From positions 21,390,001 through 21,454,000 of the forward strand of contig OZ059894.1 of the NCBI GenBank assembly GCA_964057225.1: a DNA stretch of 64,000 nt, given 5' to 3'. Shown here piece after piece: positions 39,311 to 52,800 of this stretch; position 1 is the stretch's first letter, and each line of letters begins with the position of its first letter. This DNA is from Auanema rhodensis. Taxonomy: Eukaryota > Animalia > Nematoda. The notes under the pieces were generated by a model that had not been told where the DNA came from, ran no database searches, and was given only the letters and a program-made list of their open reading frames with translations. The position numbers and the translations under genes are program-made.

Positions 39311-42118
39311 AGGATATAAGTGTGAACTTATATCAGTTGATATCTCGGTGCATTTTTAAGCTAGCGCAAATCTGATAACACAGATCGACGCAGCTTAAAA
39401 ATCCGCATCGAATGCACTATACTACATCAAGAAACGCTTAATACACAAATTAGTTATGATCGTTTGAAAAATGATGCATTAGTGTATGTTGAGTTTCCAT
39501 GTACACTCAACATTGCTTCCAAAAACATTTTGACAAAAATTTTTTCGAAAAATTTCAAAATAATTTAGCAAAAAGTAGATGTTTTTAGATTCCTTTTTTT
39601 AAGGCAAAGACGATGGACAATGTTATTCAACGAAAAAATTAATTCTTCAGGGTGAAAATCGAGGATATAAGTGTGAACTTATATCAGTTGATATCTCGGT
39701 GCATTTTTAAGCTAGCGCAAATCTGATAACACAGATCGACGCAGCTTAAAAATCCACATCGAATGCACTATACTACATTGAGAAACGTTTGATACAAAAA
39801 TTAGTTATGATCGTTTGAAAAATGATGCATTAGTGTATGTTGAGTTTCCATGTACACTCAACATTGCTTCCAAAAACATTTTGACAAAAATTTTTTCGAA
39901 AAATTTCAGAATAATTCAGCAAAAAGTAGATGTTTTTAGATTCCTTTTTCCAAGGCAAAGACGATGGACAATGTTATTCAACGAAAAAATTAATTCTTCA
40001 GGGTGAAAATCGAGGATATAAGTGTGAACTTATATCAGTTGATATCTCGGTGCATTTTTAAGCTAGCGCAAATCTGATAACACAGATCGACGCAGCTTAA
40101 AAATCCACATCGAATGCACTATACTACATTGAGAAACGTTTGATACAAAAATTAGTTATGATCGTTTGAAAAATGATGCATTAGTGTATGTTGAGTTTCC
40201 ATGTACACTCAACATTGCTTCCAAAAACATTTTGACAAAAATTTTTTCGAAAAATTTCAAAATAATTTAGCAAAAAGTAGATGTTTTTAGATTCCTTTTT
40301 TTAAGGCAAAGACGATGGACAATGTTATTCAACGAAAAAATTAATTCTTCAGGGTGAAAATCGAGGATATAAGTGTGAACTTATATCAGTTGATATCTCG
40401 GTGCATTTTTAAGCTAGCGCAAATCTGATAACACAGATCGACGCAGCTTAAAAATCCGCATCGAATGCACTATACTACATTGAGAAACGCTTAATACACA
40501 AATTAGTTATGATCGTTTGAAAAATGATGCATTAGTGTATGTTGAGTTTCCATGTACACTCAACATTGCTTCCAAAAACATTTTGACAAAAATTTTTTCG
40601 AAAAATTTCAAAATAATTTAGCAAAAAGTAGATGTTTTTAGATTTCTTTTTTCAAGGCAAAGACGATGGACAATGTTATTCAACGAAAAAATTAATTCTT
40701 CAGGGTGAAAATCGAGGATATAAGTGTGAACTTATATCAGTTGATATCTCGGTGCATTTTTAAGCTAGCGCAAATCTGATAACACAGATCGACGCAGCTT
40801 AAAAATCCGCATCGAATGCACTATACTACATCAAGAAACGCTTAATACACAAATTAGTTATGATCGTTTGAAAAATGATGCATTAGTGTATGTTGAGTTT
40901 CCATGTACACTCAACATTGCTTCCAAAAACATTTTGACAAAAATTTTTTCGAAAAATTTCAAAATAATTTAGCAAAAAGTAGATGTTTTTAGATTCCTTT
41001 TTTTAAGGCAAAGACGATGGACAATGTTATTCAACGAAAAAATTAATTCTTCAGGGTGAAAATCGAGGATATAAGTGTGAACTTATATCAGTTGATATCT
41101 CGGTGCATTTTTAAGCTAGCGCAAATCTGATAACACAGATCGACGCAGCTTAAAAATCCACATCGAATGCACTATACTACATTGAGAAACGTTTGATACA
41201 AAAATTAGTTATGATCGTTTGAAAAATGATGCATTAGTGTATGTTGAGTTTCCATGTACACTCAACATTGCTTCCAAAAACATTTTGACAAAAATTTTTT
41301 CGAAAAATTTCAGAATAATTCAGCAAAAAGTAGATGTTTTTAGATTCCTTTTTCCAAGGCAAAGACGATGGACAATGTTATTCAACGAAAAAATTAATTC
41401 TTCAGGGTGAAAATCGAGGATATAAGTGTGAACTTATATCAGTTGATATCTCGGTGCATTTTTAAGCTAGCGCAAATCTGATAACACAGATCGACGCAGC
41501 TTAAAAATCCACATCGAATGCACTATACTACATTGAGAAACGTTTGATACAAAAATTAGTTATGATCGTTTGAAAAATGATGCATTAGTGTATGTTGAGT
41601 TTCCATGTACACTCAACATTGCTTCCAAAAACATTTTGACAAAAATTTTTTCGAAAAATTTCAAAATAATTTAGCAAAAAGTAGATGTTTTTAGATTCCT
41701 TTTTTTAAGGCAAAGACGATGGACAATGTTATTCAACGAAAAAATTAATTCTTCAGGGTGAAAATCGAGGATATAAGTGTGAACTTATATCAGTTGATAT
41801 CTCGGTGCATTTTTAAGCTAGCGCAAATCTGATAACACAGATCGACGCAGCTTAAAAATCCGCATCGAATGCACTATACTACATTGAGAAACGCTTAATA
41901 CACAAATTAGTTATGATCGTTTGAAAAATGATGCATTAGTGTATGTTGAGTTTCCATGTACACTCAACATTGCTTCCAAAAACATTTTGACAAAAATTTT
42001 TTCGAAAAATTTCAAAATAATTTAGCAAAAAGTAGATGTTTTTAGATTTCTTTTTTCAAGGCAAAGACGATGGACAATGTTATTCAACGAAAAAATTAAT
42101 TCTTCAGGGTGAAAATCG
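39311..42118. repeat. Local higher-order duplication, 4-monomer period (1404 bp)
   Basis: CCACATC variant at 39756, 40107 and at 41160, 41511. ORFs 39815/41219 are 1404 apart. Confidence 0.88.
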
Positions 42119-43522
42119 AGGATATAAGTGTGAACTTATATCAGTTGATATCTCGGTGCATTTTTAAGCTAGCGCAAATCTGATAACACAGATCGACGCA
42201 GCTTAAAAATCCGCATCGAATGCACTATACTACATTGAGAAACGCTTAATACACAAATTAGTTATGATCGTTTGAAAAATGATGCATTAGTGTATGTTGA
42301 GTTTCCATGTACACTCAACATTGCTTCCAAAAACATTTTGACAAAAATTTTTTCGAAAAATTTCAAAATAATTTAGCAAAAAGTAGATGTTTTTAGATTT
42401 CTTTTTTCAAGGCAAAGACGATGGACAATGTTATTCAACGAAAAAATTAATTCTTCAGGGTGAAAATCGAGGATATAAGTGTGAACTTATATCAGTTGAT
42501 ATCTCGGTGCATTTTTAAGCTAGCGCAAATCTGATAACACAGATCGACGCAGCTTAAAAATCCGCATCGAATGCACTATACTACATTGAGAAACGCTTAA
42601 TACACAAATTAGTTATAATCGTTTGAAAAATGATGCATTAGTGTATGTTGAGTTTCCATGTACACTCAACATTGCTTCCAAAAACATTTTGACAAAAATT
42701 TTTTCGAAAAATTTCAAAATAATTTAGCAAAAAGTAGATGTTTTTAGATTTCTTTTTTCAAGGCAAAGACGATGGACAATGTTATTCAACGAAAAAATTA
42801 ATTCTTCAGGGTGAAAATCGAGGATATAAGTGTGAACTTATATCAGTTGATATCTCGGTGCATTTTTAAGCTAGCGCAAATCTGATAACACAGATCGACG
42901 CAGCTTAAAAATCCGCATCGAATGCACTATACTACATTGAGAAACGCTTAATACACAAATTAGTTATGATCGTTTGAAAAATGATGCATTAGTGTATGTT
43001 GAGTTTCCATGTACACTCAACATTGCTTCCAAAAACATTTTGACAAAAATTTTTTCGAAAAATTTCAAAATAATTTAGCAAAAAGTAGATGTTTTTAGAT
43101 TTCTTTTTTCAAGGCAAAGACGATGGACAATGTTATTCAACGAAAAAATTAATTCTTCAGGGTGAAAATCGAGGATATAAGTGTGAACTTATATCAGTTG
43201 ATATCTCGGTGCATTTTTAAGCTAGCGCAAATCTGATAACACAGATCGACGCAGCTTAAAAATCCGCATCGAATGCACTATACTACATTGAGAAACGCTT
43301 AATACACAAATTAGTTATAATCGTTTGAAAAATGATGCATTAGTGTATGTTGAGTTTCCATGTACACTCAACATTGCTTCCAAAAACATTTTGACAAAAA
43401 TTTTTTCGAAAAATTTCAAAATAATTTAGCAAAAAGTAGATGTTTTTAGATTTCTTTTTTCAAGGCAAAGACGATGGACAATGTTATTCAACGAAAAAAT
43501 TAATTCTTCAGGGTGAAAATCG

Positions 43523-46500
43523 AGGATATAAGTGTGAACTTATATCAGTTGATATCTCGGTGCATTTTTAAGCTAGCGCAAATCTGATAACACAGATCGA
43601 CGCAGCTTAAAAATCCGCATCGAATGCACTATACTACATCAAGAAACGCTTGATACAAAAATTAGTTATGATCGTTTGAAAAATGATGCATTAGTGTATG
43701 TTGAGTTTCCATGTACACTCAACATTGCTTCCAAAAACATTTTGACAAAAATTTTTTCGAAAAATTTCAAAATAATTTAGCAAAAAGTAGATGTTTTTAG
43801 ATTTCTTTTTTCAAGGCAAAGACGATGGACAATGTTATTTAACGAAAAAATTAATTCTTCAGGGTGAAAATCGAGGATATAAGTGTGAACTTATATCAGT
43901 TGATATCTCGGTGCATTTTTACGCTAGCGCAAATTTGATAACACAGATCGACGCAGCTTAAAAATCCGCATCGAATGCACTATACTACATTGAGAAACGC
44001 TTAATACACAAATTAGTTATAATCGTTTGAAAAATGATGCATTAGTGTATGTTGAGTTTCCATGTACACTCAACATTGCTTCCAAAAACATTTTGACAAA
44101 AATTTTTTCGAAAAATTTCAAAATAATTTAGCAAAAAGTAGATGTTTTTAGATTCCTTTTTTTAAGGCAAAGACGATGGACAATGTTATTCAACGAAAAA
44201 ATTAATTCTTCAGGGTGAAAATCGAGGATATAAGTGTGAACTTATATCAGTTGATATCTCGGTGCATTTTTAAGCTAGCGCAAATCTGATAACACAGATC
44301 GACGCAGCTTAAAAATCCGCATCGAATGCACTATACTACATCAAGAAACGCTTAATACACAAATTAGTTATGATCGTTTGAAAAATGATGCATTAGTGTA
44401 TGTTGAGTTTCCATGTACACTCAACATTGCTTCCAAAAACATTTTGACAAAAATTTTTTCGAAAAATTTCAAAATAATTTAGCAAAAAGTAGATGTTTTT
44501 AGATTTCTTTTTTCAAGGCAAAGACGATGGACAATGTTATTTAACGAAAAAATTAATTCTTCAGGGTGAAAATCGAGGATATAAGTGTGAACTTATATCA
44601 GTTGATATCTCGGTGCATTTTTACGCTAGCGCAAATTTGATAACACAGATCGACGCAGCTTAAAAATCCGCATCGAATGCACTATACTACATTGAGAAAC
44701 GCTTAATACACAAATTAGTTATAATCGTTTGAAAAATGATGCATTAGTGTATGTTGAGTTTCCATGTACACTCAACATTGCTTCCAAAAACATTTTGACA
44801 AAAATTTTTTCGAAAAATTTCAAAATAATTTAGCAAAAAGTAGATGTTTTTAGATTTCTTTTTTCAAGGCAAAGACGATGGACAATGTTATTCAACGAAA
44901 AAATTAATTCTTCAGGGTGAAAATCGAGGATATAAGTGTGAACTTATATCAGTTGATATCTCGGTGCATTTTTAAGCTAGCGCAAATCTGATAACACAGA
45001 TCGACGCAGCTTAAAAATCCGCATCGAATGCACTATACTACATCAAGAAACGCTTAATACACAAATTAGTTATGATCGTTTGAAAAATGATGCATTAGTG
45101 TATGTTGAGTTTCCATGTACACTCAACATTGCTTCCAAAAACATTTTGACAAAAATTTTTTCGAAAAATTTCAAAATAATTTAGCAAAAAGTAGATGTTT
45201 TTAGATTTCTTTTTTCAAGGCAAAGACGATGGACAATGTTATTTAACGAAAAAATTAATTCTTCAGGGTGAAAATCGAGGATATAAGTGTGAACTTATAT
45301 CAGTTGATATCTCGGTGCATTTTTACGCTAGCGCAAATTTGATAACACAGATCGACGCAGCTTAAAAATCCGCATCGAATGCACTATACTACATCAAGAA
45401 ACGCTTGATACAAAAATTAGTTATGATCGTTTGAAAAATGATGCATTAGTGTATGTTGAGTTTCCATGTACACTCAACATTGCTTCCAAAAACATTTTGA
45501 CAAAAATTTTTTCGAAAAATTTCAAAATAATTTAGCAAAAAGTAGATGTTTTTAGATTCCTTTTTTTAAGGCAAAGACGATGGACAATGTTATTCAACGA
45601 AAAAATTAATTCTTCAGGGTGAAAATCGAGGATATAAGTGTGAACTTATATCAGTTGATATCTCGGTGCATTTTTAAGCTAGCGCAAATCTGATAACACA
45701 GATCGACGCAGCTTAAAAATCCGCATCGAATGCACTATACTACATCAAGAAACGCTTAATACACAAATTAGTTATGATCGTTTGAAAAATGATGCATTAG
45801 TGTATGTTGAGTTTCCATGTACACTCAACATTGCTTCCAAAAACATTTTGACAAAAATTTTTTCGAAAAATTTCAAAATAATTTAGCAAAAAGTAGATGT
45901 TTTTAGATTTCTTTTTTCAAGGCAAAGACGATGGACAATGTTATTTAACGAAAAAATTAATTCTTCAGGGTGAAAATCGAGGATATAAGTGTGAACTTAT
46001 ATCAGTTGATATCTCGGTGCATTTTTACGCTAGCGCAAATTTGATAACACAGATCGACGCAGCTTAAAAATCCGCATCGAATGCACTATACTACATTGAG
46101 AAACGCTTAATACACAAATTAGTTATAATCGTTTGAAAAATGATGCATTAGTGTATGTTGAGTTTCCATGTACACTCAACATTGCTTCCAAAAACATTTT
46201 GACAAAAATTTTTTCGAAAAATTTCAAAATAATTTAGCAAAAAGTAGATGTTTTTAGATTTCTTTTTTCAAGGCAAAGACGATGGACAATGTTATTCAAC
46301 GAAAAAATTAATTCTTCAGGGTGAAAATCGAGGATATAAGTGTGAACTTATATCAGTTGATATCTCGGTGCATTTTTAAGCTAGCGCAAATCTGATAACA
46401 CAGATCGACGCAGCTTAAAAATCCGCATCGAATGCACTATACTACATCAAGAAACGCTTAATACACAAATTAGTTATGATCGTTTGAAAAATGATGCATT

Positions 46501-47032
46501 AGTGTATGTTGAGTTTCCATGTACACTCAACATTGCTTCCAAAAACATTTTGACAAAAATTTTTTCGAAAAATTTCAAAATAATTTAGCAAAAAGTAGAT
46601 GTTTTTAGATTTCTTTTTTCAAGGCAAAGACGATGGACAATGTTATTTAACGAAAAAATTAATTCTTCAGGGTGAAAATCGAGGATATAAGTGTGAACTT
46701 ATATCAGTTGATATCTCGGTGCATTTTTACGCTAGCGCAAATTTGATAACACAGATCGACGCAGCTTAAAAATCCGCATCGAATGCACTATACTACATCA
46801 AGAAACGCTTGATACAAAAATTAGTTATGATCGTTTGAAAAATGATGCATTAGTGTATGTTGAGTTTCCATGTACACTCAACATTGCTTCCAAAAACATT
46901 TTGACAAAAATTTTTTCGAAAAATTTCAAAATAATTTAGCAAAAAGTAGATGTTTTTAGATTCCTTTTTTTAAGGCAAAGACGATGGACAATGTTATTCA
47001 ACGAAAAAATTAATTCTTCAGGGTGAAAATCG
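43523..47032. repeat. Dimeric (702-bp) higher-order repeat, five units
   Basis: TTTACGCTAG variant at 43922, 44624, 45326, 46028 and 46730, each preceded by TTATTTAACG in the previous monomer. Confidence 0.9.
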
Positions 47033-49138
47033 AGGATATAAGTGTGAACTTATATCAGTTGATATCTCGGTGCATTTTTAAGCTAGCGCAAATCTGATAA
47101 CACAGATCGACGCAGCTTAAAAATCCGCATCGAATGCACTATACTACATTGAGAAACGCTTAATACACAAATTAGTTATAATCGTTTGAAAAATGATGCA
47201 TTAGTGTATGTTGAGTTTCCATGTACACTCAACATTGCTTCCAAAAACATTTTGACAAAAATTTTTTCGAAAAATTTCAAAATAATTTAGCAAAAAGTAG
47301 ATGTTTTTAGATTTCTTTTTTCAAGGCAAAGACGATGGACAATGTTATTCAACGAAAAAATTAATTCTTCAGGGTGAAAATCGAGGATATAAGTGTGAAC
47401 TTATATCAGTTGATATCTCGGTGCATTTTTAAGCTAGCGCAAATCTGATAACACAGATCGACGCATCTTAAAAATCCGCATCGAATGCACTATACTACAT
47501 CAAGAAACGCTTAATACACAAATTAGTTATGATCGTTTGAAAAATGATGCATTAGTGTATGTTGAGTTTCCATGTACACTCAACATTGCTTCCAAAAACA
47601 TTTTGACAAAAATTTTTTCGAAAAATTTCAAAATAATTTAGCAAAAAGTAGATGTTTTTAGATTCCTTTTTTTAAGGCAAAGACAATGGACAATGTTATT
47701 CAACGAAAAAATTAATTCTTCAGGGTGAAAATCGAGGATATAAGTGTGAACTTATATCAGTTGATATCTCGGTGCATTTTTAAGCTAGCGCAAATCTGAT
47801 AACACAGATCGACGCAGCTTAAAAATCCGCATCGAATGCACTATACTACATCAAGAAACGCTTAATACACAAATTAGTTATGATCGTTTGAAAAATGATG
47901 CATTAGTGTATGTTGAGTTTCCATGTACACTCAACATTGCTTCCAAAAACATTTTGACAAAAATTTTTTCGAAAAATTTCAAAATAATTTAGCAAAAAGT
48001 AGATGTTTTTAGATTCCTTTTTTTAAGGCAAAGACGATGGACAATGTTATTCAACGAAAAAATTAATTCTTCAGGGTGAAAATCGAGGATATAAGTGTGA
48101 ACTTATATCAGTTGATATCTCGGTGCATTTTTAAGCTAGCGCAAATCTGATAACACAGATCGACGCAGCTTAAAAATCCGCATCGAATGCACTATACTAC
48201 ATCAAGAAACGCTTAATACACAAATTAGTTATGATCGTTTGAAAAATGATGCATTAGTGTATGTTGAGTTTCCATGTACACTCAACATTGCTTCCAAAAA
48301 CATTTTGACAAAAATTTTTTCGAAAAATTTCAAAATAATTTAGCAAAAAGTAGATGTTTTTAGATTCCTTTTTCCAAGGCAAAGACGATGGACAATGTTA
48401 TTCAACGAAAAAATTAATTCTTCAGGGTGAAAATCGAGGATATAAGTGTGAACTTATATCAGTTGATATCTCGGTGCATTTTTAAGCTAGCGCAAATCTG
48501 ATAACACAGATCGACGCAGCTTAAAAATCCACATCGAATGCACTATACTACATTGAGAAACGCTTAATACACAAATTAGTTATGATCGTTTGAAAAATGA
48601 TGCATTAGTGTATGTTGAGTTTCCATGTACACTCAACATTGCTTCCAAAAACATTTTGACAAAAATTTTTTCGAAAAATTTCAAAATAATTTAGCAAAAA
48701 GTAGATGTTTTTAGATTTCTTTTTTCAAGGCAAAGACGATGGACAATGTTATTCAACGAAAAAATTAATTCTTCAGGGTGAAAATCGAGGATATAAGTGT
48801 GAACTTATATCAGTTGATATCTCGGTGCATTTTTAAGCTAGCGCAAATCTGATAACACAGATCGACGCAGCTTAAAAATCCGCATCGAATGCACTATACT
48901 ACATTGAGAAACGCTTAATACACAAATTAGTTATGATCGTTTGAAAAATGATGCATTAGTGTATGTTGAGTTTCCATGTACACTCAACATTGCTTCCAAA
49001 AACATTTTGACAAAAATTTTTTCGAAAAATTTCAAAATAATTTAGCAAAAAGTAGATGTTTTTAGATTTCTTTTTTCAAGGCAAAGACGATGGACAATGT
49101 TATTCAACGAAAAAATTAATTCTTCAGGGTGAAAATCG

Positions 49139-49477
49139 AGGATATAAGTGTGAACTTATATCAGTTGATATCTCGGTGCATTTTTAAGCTAGCGCAAATC
49201 TGATAACACAGATCGACGCAGCTTAAAAATCCGCATACTACATTGAGAAACGCTTAATACACAAATTAGTTATGATCGTTTGAAAAATGATGCATTAGTG
49301 TATGTTGAGTTTCCATGTACACTCAACATTGCTTCCAAAAACATTTTGACAAAAATTTTTTCGAAAAATTTCAAAATAATTTAGCAAAAAGTAGATGTTT
49401 TTAGATTCCATTTTTTAAGGCAAAGACGATAGACAATGTTATTCAACGAAAAAATTAATTCTTCAGGGTGAAAATCG
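49139..49477. repeat. 339-bp monomer with a 12-bp internal deletion
   Basis: CCGCATACTAC at 49231 versus consensus CCGCAT-CGAATGCACTAT-ACTAC. The next monomer starts at 49478. Confidence 0.95.
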
Positions 49478-49828
49478 AGGATATAAGTGTGAACTTATAT
49501 CAGTTGATATCTCGGTGCATTTTTAAGCTAGCGCAAATCTGATAACACAGATCGACGCAGCTTAAAAATCCGCATCGAATGCACTATACTACATTGAGAA
49601 ACGCTTAATACACAAATTAGTTATGATCGTTTGAAAAATGATGCATTAGTGTATGTTGAGTTTCCATGTACACTCAACATTGCTTCCAAAAACATTTTGA
49701 CAAAAATTTTTTCGAAAAATTTCAAAATAATTTAGCAAAAAGTAGATGTTTTTAGATTTCTTTTTTCAAGGCAAAGACGATGGACAATGTTATTCAACGA
49801 AAAAATTAATTCTTCAGGGTGAAAATCG

Positions 49829-52800
49829 AGGATATAAGTGTGAACTTATATCAGTTGATATCTCGGTGCATTTTTACGCTAGCGCAAATCTGATAACACA
49901 GATCGACGCAGCTTAAAAATCCGCATCGAATGCACTATACTACATCAAGAAACGCTTGATACAAAAATTAGTTATGATCGTTTGAAAAATGATGCATTAG
50001 TGTATGTTGAGTTTCCATGTACACTCAACATTGCTTCCAAAAACATTTTGACAAAAATTTTTTCGAAAAATTTCAAAATAATTTAGCAAAAAGTAGATGT
50101 TTTTAGATTTCTTTTTTCAAGGCAAAGACGATGGACAATGTTATTCAACGAAAAAATTAATTCTTCAGGGTGAAAATCGAGGATATAAGTGTGAACTTAT
50201 ATCAGTTGATATCTCGGTGCATTTTTACGCTAGCGCAAATTTGATAACACAGATCGACGCAGCTTAAAAATCCGCATCGAATGCACTATACTACATCAAG
50301 AAACGCTTGATACAAAAATTAGTTATGATCGTTTGAAAAATGATGCATTAGTGTATGTTGAGTTTCCATGTACACTCAACATTGCTTCCAAAAACATTTT
50401 GACAAAAATTTTTTCGAAAAATTTCAAAATAATTTAGCAAAAAGTAGATGTTTTTAGATTCCTTTTTTTAAGGCAAAGACGATGGACAATGTTATTCAAC
50501 GAAAAAATTAATTCTTCAGGGTGAAAATCGAGGATATAAGTGTGAACTTATATCAGTTGATATCTCGGTGCATTTTTAAGCTAGCGCAAATCTGATAACA
50601 CAGATCGACGCAGCTTAAAAATCCGCATCGAATGCACTATACTACATTGAGAAACGCTTGATACAAAAATTAGTTATGATCGTTTGAAAAATGATGCATT
50701 AGTGTATGTTGAGTTTCCATGTACACACAACATTGCTTCCAAAAACATTTTGACAAAAATTTTTTCGAAAAATTTCAAAATAATTTAGCAAAAAGTAGAT
50801 GTTTTTAGATTCCTTTTCTTAAGGCAAAGACGATGGACAATGTTATTCAACGAAAAAATTAATTCTTCAGGGTGAAAATCGAGGATATAAGTGTGAACTT
50901 ATATCAGTTGATATCTCGGTGCATTTTTACGCTAGCGCAAATTTGATAACACAGATCGACGCAGCTTAAAAATCCGCATCGAATGCACTATACTACATCA
51001 AGAAACGCTTGATACAAAAATTAGTTATGATCGTTTGAAAAATGATGCATTAGTGTATGTTGAGTTTCCATGTACACTCAACATTGCTTCCAAAAACATT
51101 TTGACAAAAATTTTTTCGAAAAATTTCAAAATAATTTAGCAAAAAGTAGATGTTTTTAGATTCCTTTTTTTAAGGCAAAGACGATGGACAATGTTATTCA
51201 ACGAAAAAATTAATTCTTCAGGGTGAAAATCGAGGATATAAGTGTGAACTTATATCAGTTGATATCTCGGTGCATTTTTAAGCTAGCGCAAATCTGATAA
51301 CACAGATCGACGCAGCTTAAAAATCCCCATCGAATGCACTATACTACATTGAGAAACGCTTAATACACAAATTAGTTATGATCGTTTGAAAAATGATGCA
51401 TTAGTGTATGTTGAGTTTCCATGTACACACAACATTGCTTCCAAAAACATTTTGACAAAAATTTTTTCGAAAAATTTCAAAATAATTTAGCAAAAAGTAG
51501 ATGTTTTTAGATTTCTTTTTTCAAGGCAAAGACGATGGACAATGTTATTCAACGAAAAAATTAATTCTTCAGGGTGAAAATCGAGGATATAAGTGTGAAC
51601 TTATATCAGTTGATATCTCGGTGCATTTTTACGCTAGCGCAAATTTGATAACACAGATCGACGCAGCTTAAAAATCCGCATCGAATGCACTATACTACAT
51701 CAAGAAACGCTTGATACAAAAATTAGTTATGATCGTTTGAAAAATGATGCATTAGTGTATGTTGAGTTTCCATGTACACTCAACATTGCTTCCAAAAACA
51801 TTTTGACAAAAATTTTTTCGAAAAATTTCAAAATAATTTAGCAAAAAGTAGATGTTTTTAGATTTCTTTTTTTAAGGCAAAGACGATGGACAATGTTATT
51901 CAACGAAAAAATTAATTCTTCAGGGTGAAAATCGAGGATATAAGTGTGAACTTATATCAGTTGATATCTCGGTGCATTTTTAAGCTAGCGCAAATCTGAT
52001 AACACAGATCGACGCAGCTTAAAAATCCGCATCGAATGCACTATACTACATTGAGAAACGCTTGATACAAAAATTAGTTATGATCGTTTGAAAAATGATG
52101 CATTAGTGTATGTTGAGTTTCCATGTACACACAACATTGCTTCCAAAAACATTTTGACAAAAATTTTTTCGAAAAATTTCAAAATAATTTAGCAAAAAGT
52201 AGATGTTTTTAGATTCCTTTTCTTAAGGCAAAGACGATGGACAATGTTATTCAACGAAAAAATTAATTCTTCAGGGTGAAAATCGAGGATATAAGTGTGA
52301 ACTTATATCAGTTGATATCTCGGTGCATTTTTACGCTAGCGCAAATTTGATAACACAGATCGACGCAGCTTAAAAATCCGCATCGAATGCACTATACTAC
52401 ATCAAGAAACGCTTGATACAAAAATTAGTTATGATCGTTTGAAAAATGATGCATTAGTGTATGTTGAGTTTCCATGTACACTCAACATTGCTTCCAAAAA
52501 CATTTTGACAAAAATTTTTTCGAAAAATTTCAAAATAATTTAGCAAAAAGTAGATGTTTTTAGATTTCTTTTTTCAAGGCAAAGACGATGGACAATGTTA
52601 TTCAACGAAAAAATTAATTCTTCAGGGTGAAAATCGAGGATATAAGTGTGAACTTATATCAGTTGATATCTCGGTGCATTTTTACGCTAGCGCAAATCTG
52701 ATAACACAGATCGACGCAGCTTAAAAATCCGCATCGAATGCACTATACTACATCAAGAAACGCTTGATACAAAAATTAGTTATGATCGTTTGAAAAATGA

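Noticed and set aside
1207-41410. 63-aa plus-strand ORFs (MKNDALVYVEF...)
   Set aside because: They start at TTG and exist only where the consensus TAG (ATTTAGC) has mutated to CAG or TTG. The great majority of monomers have the stop, and the peptide has no recognisable domain.
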